From contig CAVZAQ010000013.1 of the NCBI GenBank assembly GCA_963773405.1, positions 19,758 through 83,757 of the forward strand: a stretch of 64,000 bases of DNA, given 5' to 3'. Source of the DNA: an uncultured Chloroflexia bacterium (GTDB lineage: Bacteria > Chloroflexota > Limnocylindria > QHBO01). A program made the translations under genes and the position numbers. Below the pieces are notes generated by a model. The model had not been told where the DNA came from, did no database searches, and worked only from the letters and a program-made list of their open reading frames with translations. This document shows, piece after piece, positions 17,003-25,509 of the stretch. The first letter of the stretch is position 1; the number at the start of each line of letters is the position of its first letter.

Positions 17003-17620
17003 ATGAATGCCAGCATCGAGAGCGGCCCAAACCGCCCGCAGTCGCCCCTCACGGCCAGTCCGACCTCCAGACCTCGATCAATCGCGCACCGCCTACGCGC
17101 CAGCTGGCCCGGTCTGCGACCGGACGCCAATCTCACCCGTGAGCGCGCCGCTGGGTTGCTCTTCGCGGGTATCTCCAGCCTGGTGGTCGCCGGCCTGGCT
17201 GCCGCCCTCGGCCACCCCGATCGTGTCGTCTCCGATCTCGTCTTACGCGGGCAGTCGCTCGATCTGACGGTCGCCGGGCTTCCCGCGGCCTTGGTGGCGG
17301 CCTGGTTGACCGCTCCCTATGCCGCCAGGCGGAGCGTGAGCCTCCGGCGCGGGGCAGTGACCGTGGCGCTCGTCGTGGTGGTGTTGACAGACCTCATCGC
17401 CGCGGTCTATTTCACCGCTCCGATGCTGTGGAGTCCACCCTTCGATCCCGGCGCATTCGTTACCTTCCCGGTGATACTTGGCTCCGCCGCCCTGTGGGGC
17501 GCGCTGCTCTACGGTCTACCTGGCTTTGTCCTGGCGCTGTCTGCCGGCCTGCCCGGCTTGCTACTGATCCGCCGCCTCCCACTCCTTTCGCCTACGGCTC
17601 CAGACGGCTCCCGCGAATGA
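17003..17620 (+). CDS. Hypothetical polytopic membrane protein
   Basis: ORF 16970..17620 with 5-6 hydrophobic helices. ATGA overlap with the next gene. Confidence 0.4.
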   Translation: MNASIESGPNRPQSPLTASPTSRPRSIAHRLRASWPGLRPDANLTRERAAGLLFAGISSLVVAGLAAALGHPDRVVSDLVLRGQSLDLTVAGLPAALVAAWLTAPYAARRSVSLRRGAVTVALVVVVLTDLIAAVYFTAPMLWSPPFDPGAFVTFPVILGSAALWGALLYGLPGFVLALSAGLPGLLLIRRLPLLSPTAPDGSRE

Positions 17621-18084
17621 CAGGGCTGGAGCACCTAACCTCGACGGAGGCGGATCGCCGCGCCGCTGTTGGGCGAGCGGCCAAGCGCTACGCGTTCGTT
17701 AGCGCGATAAGCGTCGTGCTGGTGAGTCTCTGGGTGGCGATGGCCTGGGGAGGACCGGCCGCCATCGGCTTCTACCTGGGGCCGATCGCCATCGGCTACC
17801 TGGCAATCACCGCGCCGCCGTTTGCAGCCACGGTCGCTGCCTGGCAGTTATCGCCCTGGGTCCACCGCACTGTCGCGCGAACCTTGGTCGCGGTCCTGGC
17901 CGTGACCGCCTGGGCCACCGTGTTGTTGCTGGTCAGCGCCGTCACCGGCTTCCTGTCACCCGATCCACCGTTGACGATCGCCCGTGCGGTCTTCGGTATC
18001 GCCTTCCTGGCACTGCTGACCTTCGTGCCCGTCAGTCTGAGCCTGCCGTGGGGCTGGCGTCGAGAACCGCGCGCTGCCCAATGA
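17617..18084 (+). CDS. Hypothetical polytopic membrane protein
   Basis: From internal Met MTGLEHLTSTEADRR...; 4 hydrophobic helices; translationally coupled to the preceding gene. Confidence 0.45.
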   Translation: MTGLEHLTSTEADRRAAVGRAAKRYAFVSAISVVLVSLWVAMAWGGPAAIGFYLGPIAIGYLAITAPPFAATVAAWQLSPWVHRTVARTLVAVLAVTAWATVLLLVSAVTGFLSPDPPLTIARAVFGIAFLALLTFVPVSLSLPWGWRREPRAAQ

Positions 18085-18306
18085 TCCGGACCCGAGCAGC
18101 TGGCGTCGTCTTTTTTCTCTGTGGCGTCGTGCCCGGAGGCCGCGTCTCCATACCGCCACACCGCGCGACAGGGGAGCCAGCATTAGCTCAAGGTCCCAAC
18201 CCTAGGGGTCGAGGACAAAGCCGCACGCACCACAGTGGTTCACTAGCCACGTCGGTGGCGGAGGGCCAGATGGCCCTTCCCCTTCTTGCAGGCGGCGGTA
18301 GCATAC

Positions 18307-18321
18307 CTAGACGTACTAGGT
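18307..18321. promoter_or_regulatory. Inverted repeat CCTAG-acgta-CTAGG just upstream of padR start; candidate PadR operator
   Basis: cctagacgtactagg read directly, 9 nt upstream of the ATG at 18330. Confidence 0.3.
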
Positions 18322-18329
18322 ACGACGAA

Positions 18330-18650
18330 ATGCCGCCAAGACTCGACCGCGGTGACTACGCCCTCCTCCTGCTCGGCCTCCTCGGCGAGCGCGAGATGTA
18401 CGGGTATGAGCTGGTCGCCGCGCTGCGTGATCGGTCCAAGGCGGTGATCGACCTGCCCGAGGGGACCGTCTATCCGGCGCTGCGCCGCCTGGAGCGCGAA
18501 GGATTGGTGGCCGGGCGCTGGGTCGAGGTTGCCGGCGGTCCACGGCGCCGCTACTACAGCCTCACCATCGCCGGCGAGCGAGCGTTGGCCGATGGCCGCA
18601 AGGCGTGGCGCCGCTTCGCGGCCGCTGCCGATGGAGTGCTGGGCCGGTGA
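18330..18650 (+). CDS. PadR family transcriptional regulator
   Basis: MPPRLDRGDYALLLLGLLGEREMYGYELVAALRD...GTVYPALRRLEREGLVAGRW: PadR winged-helix signature. Confidence 0.75.
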   Translation: MPPRLDRGDYALLLLGLLGEREMYGYELVAALRDRSKAVIDLPEGTVYPALRRLEREGLVAGRWVEVAGGPRRRYYSLTIAGERALADGRKAWRRFAAAADGVLGR

Positions 18651-20026
18651 GCGAGCCGGGGGGCCCGGGCCCGATGGCGCCGGAATCGGCTGCTCGGCTG
18701 CACGCGCACGTCGCGTCGATCCTGGATGTCTCGGCGGTTCCACCGGAGCTCCGCGAGGACATCGCCGAGGAGCTGTACGGGCATCTCATCGAGCGGGTGC
18801 AGGCGTACCGGGATGCAGGCATGGACGAGCCGGCCTCAGTGGAGCGCGCGGTCCGCGAGCTGGGCGGAGTGGAGCAGCTCGGACGCGACTTCCGGCGGGC
18901 GTACCACTCACGGCTGTGGGCGAGCACGGTGGGGATCCTGCTGCCCGCGGTGGCGCCCCGCGAGGTCCGGCCGCCGTCCGTGGGCTGGCTGCGGTTCACG
19001 CTCGCGGTGGTTGTCGTTCTGACCGGCATCGGTCTGCTGCTCATGCTGCCGCAGGCCACGCCAGTCCGGGCAGTCGGGACACTCGCCGTGGACGGGCTGG
19101 GCCTGTGGGCCATCGCGCTGGCCTTCCTGGCGCTGGCGCGCGGGCAGCGCTGGGCGCTGTGGTACGCGCTGTCCGTCACCGTGGAACTGCTCCTGTGGGG
19201 CATCGGCTCGATGCTGGCCACTCCCGCCGGTTCAGTCACCATTCCGCTGGGCGCCATCCTGGCCGCCGTGGTTCTCTTCCAGGCGATGGCGGACCGATAC
19301 CGGCTGCAGGCGTTCGTCGCCGGCTCGCGCCCCCTCGGTCGGGCCATGGTGGCGGCCCTGGCGCTCGCGCTGCTGCTGCCAGTCACCGTGCCGCCGGCCC
19401 TCGCCGCCCTCCCCGATCCCACCCAGGCCGCTTCCTCCGACCTGCTGCTGACGGCCTCCATGCGCTGTGACCGTGGGGACGTCGCCTTCGACGGCATCGG
19501 CACGGTCGCGAATACCTCGCGGGCAACCTTGGTAGCCGACATGACCTGGCGGCGCTCAGACCTGCTGCCCGAGGGCCTGGCGGGCCTCTTCCGCCCGGCC
19601 GACTACGGGGACAGCGCCGGCTTCCGCCTGGTGAACGATGCCCCCGATGCTCCGCTGCCGGCCTGGATGCTCGCCTCCAACGACGTGCCGGTGGTGGATG
19701 TCGCCACAGGCCAGCCGGCGGGCTGGTTCGGATCCACGGCGCCCAGCGTGGCGCTGCTGCCGGACACCATCGGGAGCTTCACGATCGGGATCGACCTGTC
19801 AGCCATCCGGGCCGGCCATACCCTGCGCGCGACGTGGGTGCTGACCCCCGTGGCAGACGCCGGGGCACCCTGGCCGATGATCGAGGTCGCCTACGCCCAC
19901 CTCGATCACTTCCTGCTGGAGGGAACAGTGAGCTGTGGCCAGACGGTCACGGCCCACGAGGTTCCCGTTCCTTCCCCGGCGTCGCCACAGACGCTCACCG
20001 ACCCGTTCGGTATCGGCTACCCGTAA
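18647..20026 (+). CDS. PadR-associated membrane protein with N-terminal helical (DUF1700/HAAS-like) sensor region and large extracytoplasmic domain
   Basis: GTG start overlapping the padR stop. N-terminal ELREDIAEELYGHLIERVQAYRDAGMDEPASVERAVRELG resembles the helical module commonly partnered with PadR. 6+ TM helices; C-terminal ~180 aa soluble domain. Confidence 0.5.
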   Translation: MSEPGGPGPMAPESAARLHAHVASILDVSAVPPELREDIAEELYGHLIERVQAYRDAGMDEPASVERAVRELGGVEQLGRDFRRAYHSRLWASTVGILLPAVAPREVRPPSVGWLRFTLAVVVVLTGIGLLLMLPQATPVRAVGTLAVDGLGLWAIALAFLALARGQRWALWYALSVTVELLLWGIGSMLATPAGSVTIPLGAILAAVVLFQAMADRYRLQAFVAGSRPLGRAMVAALALALLLPVTVPPALAALPDPTQAASSDLLLTASMRCDRGDVAFDGIGTVANTSRATLVADMTWRRSDLLPEGLAGLFRPADYGDSAGFRLVNDAPDAPLPAWMLASNDVPVVDVATGQPAGWFGSTAPSVALLPDTIGSFTIGIDLSAIRAGHTLRATWVLTPVADAGAPWPMIEVAYAHLDHFLLEGTVSCGQTVTAHEVPVPSPASPQTLTDPFGIGYP

Positions 20027-21236
20027 TCGCCGACCGAAGGCCGGGCCCGTAAGGAGCCCGGGTCAGGGGCCGGTGCCTCCGCCCGGAAACGCGCCATCCG
20101 ATGCCGGGCTGGTAGGTGAGCGTGTAGAACCAGGTGTGGTCGCCATCGGGCAGGTTGAAGTCGCCACCCTGGGTGGTCAGCGTCAGGCCAAAGACCTCCT
20201 CCGTCGCGTTCGGCCGCGCCGGAGTCGGATTGATGTCGAAGCCGATGATCCGGATAGTGCTGGCACAGAACACGTTGGTGTTCGGGGTGAAGGCGGTGGT
20301 CGCCACCGCCAGCGCTGCCGGGCAGTTGCGGTCCTGGACCGCCTGCAGGTACGTGGTGAGCACAGTGAGCGGCGTGGCGTCCACGGGAGGAGCCGACGGC
20401 ACCGGCGAGGCGCTGAACTCGTCGATGGGAACGAACCCCTTCCCTGGGACCTGGTAGCCGACCAGGGTCTTGAGGTCCTCGCCATAGACCGGAACCGCCC
20501 CATCATCAAGCCGACCGAGCAGGTAGGCCTTTGGGGCGTAGCCGGCGATTGACTCCCCGTCGCGGCCATACGTGGAGATGAAGTCCGGCCAGAGCGCGTC
20601 ATAGGCGTCGCCCGCGCTCCCGTACCCGTTTGTTGGAACACGGCCCTTTGTCGGCGAGCGCCAGACGACCTTCTCGATCACCAGCGTGGCATCGCAGTAT
20701 CGGCCGCAGGCAGGCTGCGATTCGGGCCTCACCCGGGCCACGGTGAGCGCACCTGACGTCCGAACAAAGCCGCTCGCCGTCTCAACCTGCGAAAGAACGA
20801 AGTACGGGGCCGGATCATCCGCCGACTCGAGCCGCCACTCCTCGGTGCAGCCGGAAGAACCAGGTGGGCAGCCGGTGCCGACCACTGTGAGCCGACCACC
20901 GACAAGGAAGGTGCCCATCTGGTTCTCCTCGAGGCGGTCAACAATCTGCTGTCCGCGAAGGACGGGCTCCCCGCCGATGGCGATCGGCAACCCGTCACTC
21001 CCCACTCGGATGCCGCCCGGGCCAGGGATGCCGCCAACCTGGAAGAAGACGACGGCCAGCACCAGCACCGATACCACGACCGCGGCCAGGCCTACGGGCA
21101 GCATGAGCTGGGCACGGGTCACCGGTTGGGCCGGGATCGCCGGATAGTCGGCATCGGCCCGAGTCAGCTCGTCGGTCCACAGTCCCTGGAGCCGGGTGGT
21201 GAGCTCGGCATCGGGCAATCGGTCAGTCATCGTCAA
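19995..21236 (-). CDS. Anti-sigma factor-like membrane protein (partner of the ECF sigma at 21223..21732)
   Basis: Start overlaps the sigma gene stop. Short cytoplasmic N-terminus, single TM (LAAVVVSVLVLAVVFF), large extracytoplasmic domain. Confidence 0.5.
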   Translation of the reverse strand: MTMTDRLPDAELTTRLQGLWTDELTRADADYPAIPAQPVTRAQLMLPVGLAAVVVSVLVLAVVFFQVGGIPGPGGIRVGSDGLPIAIGGEPVLRGQQIVDRLEENQMGTFLVGGRLTVVGTGCPPGSSGCTEEWRLESADDPAPYFVLSQVETASGFVRTSGALTVARVRPESQPACGRYCDATLVIEKVVWRSPTKGRVPTNGYGSAGDAYDALWPDFISTYGRDGESIAGYAPKAYLLGRLDDGAVPVYGEDLKTLVGYQVPGKGFVPIDEFSASPVPSAPPVDATPLTVLTTYLQAVQDRNCPAALAVATTAFTPNTNVFCASTIRIIGFDINPTPARPNATEEVFGLTLTTQGGDFNLPDGDHTWFYTLTYQPGIGWRVSGRRHRPLTRAPYGPGLRSAITGSRYRTGR

Positions 21237-21732
21237 GCGCCTCCCGGAGCCGGGCCAGCCCCGTCCTGAGCTGGGTCTTCACCGTGTTCTCGCTGACCCC
21301 CAGCGCGGATGCCGCGTCCCGCACCGGCAGGCCAACCATGTGATGGAGCACCACCGCCGCCCGCATCCGGACCGGCAGGTTCGCCAGGGCGTCCCGCAGG
21401 TCGGCGTGGTCCGCGCGCCGTGCCGGGTCCGATGTCGGATCCGGCTGGTCGTGGCGGTCGTGATCGAGCCGAATCAGGCGACGCAGGCGCCGGACGACGC
21501 GGAACGCCTCGCGGGTCTCGATCCGCAGCAGCCAGCTGCGAAGCGCGGCCGGCTCGCGCAGGGTCTCGATCCTTCTCAGGGCAATCTCGAACGTGGCCTG
21601 GACCAGGTCCTGGGCCTCCGCGTCGTTCAGGGTGATGAGGCGCGCGGCGGCCAGTAGCACCGGTCCGTGCTCGTGGATTGCCTCGACCCCGATCGCCTGG
21701 GCGTCAGGGCGCTCGGCCGTCAACTCGACCAT
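21223..21732 (-). CDS. ECF (sigma-70 family) RNA polymerase sigma factor
   Basis: Region 2 (LVQATFEIALRRIETL...RSWLLRIETREAFRVVRR) and region 4 (LPVRMRAAVVLHHMVGLPVRDAASALGVSENTVKTQLRTGL). Confidence 0.75.
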   Translation of the reverse strand: MVELTAERPDAQAIGVEAIHEHGPVLLAAARLITLNDAEAQDLVQATFEIALRRIETLREPAALRSWLLRIETREAFRVVRRLRRLIRLDHDRHDQPDPTSDPARRADHADLRDALANLPVRMRAAVVLHHMVGLPVRDAASALGVSENTVKTQLRTGLARLREALDDD

Positions 21733-21813
21733 TGCGTCCGCGTCACCCATTCGGCCCTCCCCTCACCCCTTCAGAGGCGCTGACCGAACGATACGGGTGA
21801 TTCCGTGGACTCG

Positions 21814-23079
21814 CTACGTGCCTGCTTTGATGACGAAGGTGACAAACGTCAAGCTCGCAGTGCCCACGTGCCCAGTGACCTCCCAGCATCCTTCGGTCGG
21901 GAAGGTCTCCCCGCTCACCTGGAAGCCGATGGATCCATAGCCTTGCGGGACGTCTGACTGGAGCGGCGGGGCCTCGGCGTCCAAGCGTCGCCCGGTAATC
22001 GTGAGATCGCCGGGCACTTCACGCCACCAGCCCAGCTTCCAGGTGACGAAGCCGTTTGGGTCAATCTGCGAATCGGGCGCGATCATCACTCCGTCGAGGC
22101 CGAGACCGCCGACCCACAAACCGTCGCTTCCGACGGCGTTCGCAGCCCCAAAGAGCGAGCCACCGATCTCCGCGGGCGCTTGGCTGGGCATGGTGACTGG
22201 ACACCGAGCCACGTCGTCCATGGTGACATCGGCCCCGAGGATCGTGACCAGCACATCTGTGGTGCCGCTGGCATTCGGCGTGTGCCACTCGAGGTACACG
22301 TTCACCTGTCCAGGCTCGACGCCATCGGGGATTCGGACTGAGAAGTCCTGGTATCCCGGAGCCCAGGTCGATTCGCTGGGCGAGAGAGCGGCGTGCGCGG
22401 TGATCTGCGGCGCTGCATTTCCGGCGAAGTGGGCGTCAACCGCCGTGACCCCTGGGAGCGCACCGCCGGTAATCAGCCCACCGGCTGAAACAAAGGCACC
22501 AGAGTCCGGACGCCAGACGCTGATGGCGCTGCCGCCCTGGTGCAGATCAACACGAACCTCCGTGCTGGCGCCTCCCGGATATGTGACCGAGAGCACCGCC
22601 GGGGTGTTCGCGGATGGCGGATACAACAGCACCGGTCCAGTGAAGTTGCCTTGGGCGTCGGCCGTGAGCATCGACGCCGACAGCTGCAACGGCTCACTAC
22701 CCGCCGTCGTGAGCTCGGCCACCAGCACGGCCCCGGGTACTGCCCCTGCGCCTGACACCTCCAGAGGCCTTGAGAGCGAGATCTGGTCGCCCTCCTTGGG
22801 AGTCAGGATCGTCAATGTGTTTGACGAGCCGATTGGTGACGGCGTGGGAGCACCGATGTTCGGGCCGGGCGCTCGCGCCAGCAGCGCAACAATCGCGACG
22901 ACGGCCACGACCGTGGGAATCACCGCCAAGACCGCGATTCGGCGCCACCACGGAACCCGGCTTGCGCGATCCGCGAGCCGATCGCGGAGCGCGTCGGCAT
23001 CGACGCGAAGGGGTATCTGCTCGAGCTCGGCCTGCAGGCGCTGACGCAGACGCTGCTCGCGATTCCGGTCATCGGTCAT
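21814..23079 (-). CDS. Anti-sigma factor-like membrane protein (partner of the ECF sigma at 23069..23620)
   Basis: From internal Met MTDDRNREQRLRQRLQAELEQ...; single TM (IAVLAVIPTVVAVVAIVALL); large extracytoplasmic domain; overlaps the sigma gene stop. Confidence 0.5.
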   Translation of the reverse strand: MTDDRNREQRLRQRLQAELEQIPLRVDADALRDRLADRASRVPWWRRIAVLAVIPTVVAVVAIVALLARAPGPNIGAPTPSPIGSSNTLTILTPKEGDQISLSRPLEVSGAGAVPGAVLVAELTTAGSEPLQLSASMLTADAQGNFTGPVLLYPPSANTPAVLSVTYPGGASTEVRVDLHQGGSAISVWRPDSGAFVSAGGLITGGALPGVTAVDAHFAGNAAPQITAHAALSPSESTWAPGYQDFSVRIPDGVEPGQVNVYLEWHTPNASGTTDVLVTILGADVTMDDVARCPVTMPSQAPAEIGGSLFGAANAVGSDGLWVGGLGLDGVMIAPDSQIDPNGFVTWKLGWWREVPGDLTITGRRLDAEAPPLQSDVPQGYGSIGFQVSGETFPTEGCWEVTGHVGTASLTFVTFVIKAGT

Positions 23080-23620
23080 CGGCTGCCTCCGATGGGAGGG
23101 CTTCGTCTCCAAGCTCTGCGCGGAGCCGGCGCAACGCGAGCCGCAGCTCCGTCTTCACCGTGTTGGGACTCCGGTCGAGGGCCTCCGCCAGCTCTGCGAT
23201 GGTCAGGTCGGCGTAGTAGCGCAGGGCGATGGCCGCCCGCATCCTGGGTGGCAGGTGGCTGACCGCGTCGGCGATGGAGAGGCGATCCGCAATCGATCCC
23301 GTTGGATCGGCGCCACCCGCGCTCGGCGGCAGAGGATCGATCTCCCGAGACCGTCGCCGCCGGCTCAGCGCCTTGCGGACCGCGATGCGCAGGAGCCACG
23401 GGCGCAGCCTTGCGGGATCCCGCAGGCGATTGACCTGCTGCCATGCGGTGAGCAGCGTGTCGACGAGGACTTCCTCCGCGTCGGGCGCACTGTGCAGGAC
23501 GAGGTAGGCAACCCCTTGGATCTGGCCGCCATAGGAGGCCAGCAATTGGTCCAGTGCCTCGGGTCGCTGTGCGCGTAGGTCCTCGACGAGCTGGTCTGCC
23601 AGGAGCCCCTCCCCGATTGG
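23069..23620 (-). CDS. ECF sigma factor; N-terminus probably split by a frameshift in a G-run near 23590
   Basis: ORF 23069..23545(-) holds region 2.x to region 4 (LRPWLLRIAVRKALSRRRR...LPPRMRAAIALRYYADLTIAELAEALDRSPNTVKTELRLALRRL). In-frame upstream peptide EGLLADQLVEDLRAQRPEALDQLLASYGGQIQ is typical of region 2.1 but lacks a start. A GTG (VNAEPNRGG...) lies in the adjacent frame. Confidence 0.65.
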   Translation of the reverse strand, partial: PIGEGLLADQLVEDLRAQRPEALDQLLASYGGQIQGVAYLVLHSAPDAEEVLVDTLLTAWQQVNRLRDPARLRPWLLRIAVRKALSRRRRSREIDPLPPSAGGADPTGSIADRLSIADAVSHLPPRMRAAIALRYYADLTIAELAEALDRSPNTVKTELRLALRRLRAELGDEALPSEAADDR

Positions 23621-23738
23621 GTTCGGCGTTCACATCAATACTGACGCGCGCAGCCCGGGTTTCGGGTGAACGGAGAACCGAAAATGTCGCAGCGAGTGGG
23701 CTTTGGGGATACTCTGCGCTCGGCAAGGGGGAACGGCG

Positions 23739-24779
23739 ATGCGGCGAATCACATTGGTCTTGGGGCTGGCAGCGCTGCTGGCTGCCTGCGGCTACGCGAC
23801 GGTACCCAGCGCCGAGCCCACCGCAACCCCGGAGGCCACCCGTACGCCGGTCGTGCCGATCATTGGACCCGACCGGCAACCAGACTGGCCGGAGGACGTG
23901 GTGCTGGCCGTCCCGCCCGGCACCAGCGACGAGACGACCACCAAGGCCTTCGAGCGCTGGCCCCTCATCGAGCAGCAGGCCACCATTCAGGCCTGGAACC
24001 ACGCGGTCTGGCTGCACCCATATCGGCCGGCGGACATGACGGACCTGCTAGCCGCGCTCAACGCGGGTCGAGTCAACATCGCCGTCCTGGATCCCCTGTC
24101 GGTCGCCAAAGCGCTGCACCAGGGAATCGCCATCACCCCGCGCGCCCAGGAAGGAATCCTGCAGGCCGACAACACAGGCGGGGCAAAGGGAACGGTCGCG
24201 GGCTGGATCACCGTTGGGGACGGGCTGTGCACCACGCCGGTGACCCTCAGCGGCGGCCTTGGCTACTGCAACGGAGCCGCTGAGACGGCGCCGCAGCAGG
24301 GCAGCGAGGCGCTGGCGGACCTGGGCCAGGCCGGAATCGTCCTCGGTGAGCGGACCTCGTTCCTCGACTACCTGGTGCCCGGCGATCAGCTCCTGGGTGC
24401 CGGGAGCGATCCGCGCACGACGCTCCCTGCCGTGGCAGATCCAGCCGAGAGGATGACGATGCTCTGCAACGGACAGGCGCAAGTGACCGTCGCGCCGCTC
24501 CCGCTGAGTGATCTCCCCGCACCCTGCGATGGCAAGGACCTGGTGGTGTTCGCCACCACCCCGATGGTGCCCGGCCCAGCCCTGGTCACCTCTGGTCTCC
24601 CTGAACAGATGGCGGAGCAGCTCGCCTTGGACCTGGCTGGCACATCGCAATGCGAGGTTGTCCTCCAGAACTCGGCATGTCCGCCGTTCTGGGTGCCGCT
24701 ATGGGGCCAGCTGCAAATGGCGCCGGCCCAGATTTCCTACCAACCCCTCGCGAAGGCACTCGCCGACCTCGGCCCCTAG
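23739..24779 (+). CDS. Lipoprotein, possible PhnD/SsuA-like periplasmic substrate-binding protein
   Basis: From internal Met MRRITLVLGLAALLAACGYATVP (lipobox). C-terminal region has weak resemblance to phosphonate/aliphatic-sulfonate binding proteins. Confidence 0.45.
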   Translation: MRRITLVLGLAALLAACGYATVPSAEPTATPEATRTPVVPIIGPDRQPDWPEDVVLAVPPGTSDETTTKAFERWPLIEQQATIQAWNHAVWLHPYRPADMTDLLAALNAGRVNIAVLDPLSVAKALHQGIAITPRAQEGILQADNTGGAKGTVAGWITVGDGLCTTPVTLSGGLGYCNGAAETAPQQGSEALADLGQAGIVLGERTSFLDYLVPGDQLLGAGSDPRTTLPAVADPAERMTMLCNGQAQVTVAPLPLSDLPAPCDGKDLVVFATTPMVPGPALVTSGLPEQMAEQLALDLAGTSQCEVVLQNSACPPFWVPLWGQLQMAPAQISYQPLAKALADLGP

Positions 24780-24814
24780 CTCAGGGACACCAAGGACGGG
24801 CGCCCGGCCAGGGG

Positions 24815-25099
24815 TCAGCGGGAACGGGCCCGCCGTTGAGCGACATACTGCTCAGCGAGATCCCGAACCACCTGGCTGACCGACTTGCCATCCTCTTCCG
24901 CGTATCGTGTCAGCTCATTTCGCAGCGTCGCCGGGACTCGAGCCTCGATCTTCGGGGAAGGCGAGCCGTCAGACGCGTCTTCAAGCGAGGGGCGGCCTCG
25001 TCGCCGCCGCCACGTCGTCAGGTCGTAACCGGCCTCGGCCTCTTCAGCCAAGTGGTCGAGGTCGGCGTCTGTGAGTGGGCGCCCGCTCTTTGTCCTCAT
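24815..25099 (-). CDS. brnA: Ribbon-helix-helix antitoxin, BrnA-like
   Basis: From internal Met MRTKSGRPLTDADLDHLAEEAEAGYDLTTWRR...KIEARVPATLRNELTRYAEEDGKSVSQVVRDLAEQYV: RHH at the C-terminus as in BrnA. ATGA overlap with the upstream toxin. Confidence 0.55.
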   Translation of the reverse strand: MRTKSGRPLTDADLDHLAEEAEAGYDLTTWRRRRGRPSLEDASDGSPSPKIEARVPATLRNELTRYAEEDGKSVSQVVRDLAEQYVAQRRARSR

Positions 25100-25356
25100 C
25101 GGTGCCCGTTGACCTCGTAGTACATGTCTTCGTAGGCCTTTCGCAACTTCATCGCGTGGATGATCCACAGCACCCCCTCGTCGTCCTCCACCCCGACCAC
25201 CTCGAGTGGGTTGCCGTGTTGATCAGGCCCGAGGAACATCGTCTGTCCCGGCCAATGTGCGTTATCCAAGGGAAATGGACAGTGATCGACGACATATCTG
25301 ATCCGGTCGTCGCTGATGTTGCGTTTCCGAGCGGACGGACGGATCTCGACTCTCAC
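25096..25356 (-). CDS. brnT: BrnT-like (DUF497) toxin
   Basis: GTG start; ...GNPLEVVGVEDDEGVLWIIHAMKLRKAYEDMYYE resembles the BrnT C-terminal motif (..RLL.VVFT.R.D.IRIISARKA...E...Y). Toxin-first gene order as in brnTA. Confidence 0.45.
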   Translation of the reverse strand: MRVEIRPSARKRNISDDRIRYVVDHCPFPLDNAHWPGQTMFLGPDQHGNPLEVVGVEDDEGVLWIIHAMKLRKAYEDMYYEVNGHR

Positions 25357-25378
25357 CCACGTTCTCCATGGTCGGAAT

Positions 25379-25403
25379 ACTGTACGCCATAAATGCGTAG
25401 AGT
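25379..25403. promoter_or_regulatory. Imperfect inverted repeat ACTGTACGC-N7-GCGTAGAGT upstream of the BrnT-like toxin; candidate operator
   Basis: Read directly; 8/9 arm complementarity, 23-47 nt upstream of the toxin GTG. Confidence 0.3.
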
Positions 25404-25463
25404 CAAGTGACCCGCGGGACGCGGAAGTACGGCGAGGTTCGACGCAGAAGCCCGACACGCGGA

Positions 25464-25488
25464 AGGCCGGGCACTCAGCCCGGCCTTC
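25464..25488 (-). terminator. GC-rich hairpin (10-bp stem AAGGCCGGGC/GCCCGGCCTT, 5-nt loop) immediately downstream of the nrdJ stop; putative intrinsic terminator
   Basis: Read directly. No U-tract, which is common in high-GC genomes. Confidence 0.4.
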
Positions 25489-25509
25489 GAGACTGGAGGA
25501 GCGCTCAGG

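Noticed and set aside
18100-18330. tRNA or small RNA in the intergenic gaps at 3190-3300, 18100-18330 and 46297-46458
   Set aside because: No cloverleaf-compatible segments were seen (acceptor/T-arm GTTCRANYC motifs absent). The gaps are explained by promoters/operators or convergent gene ends.
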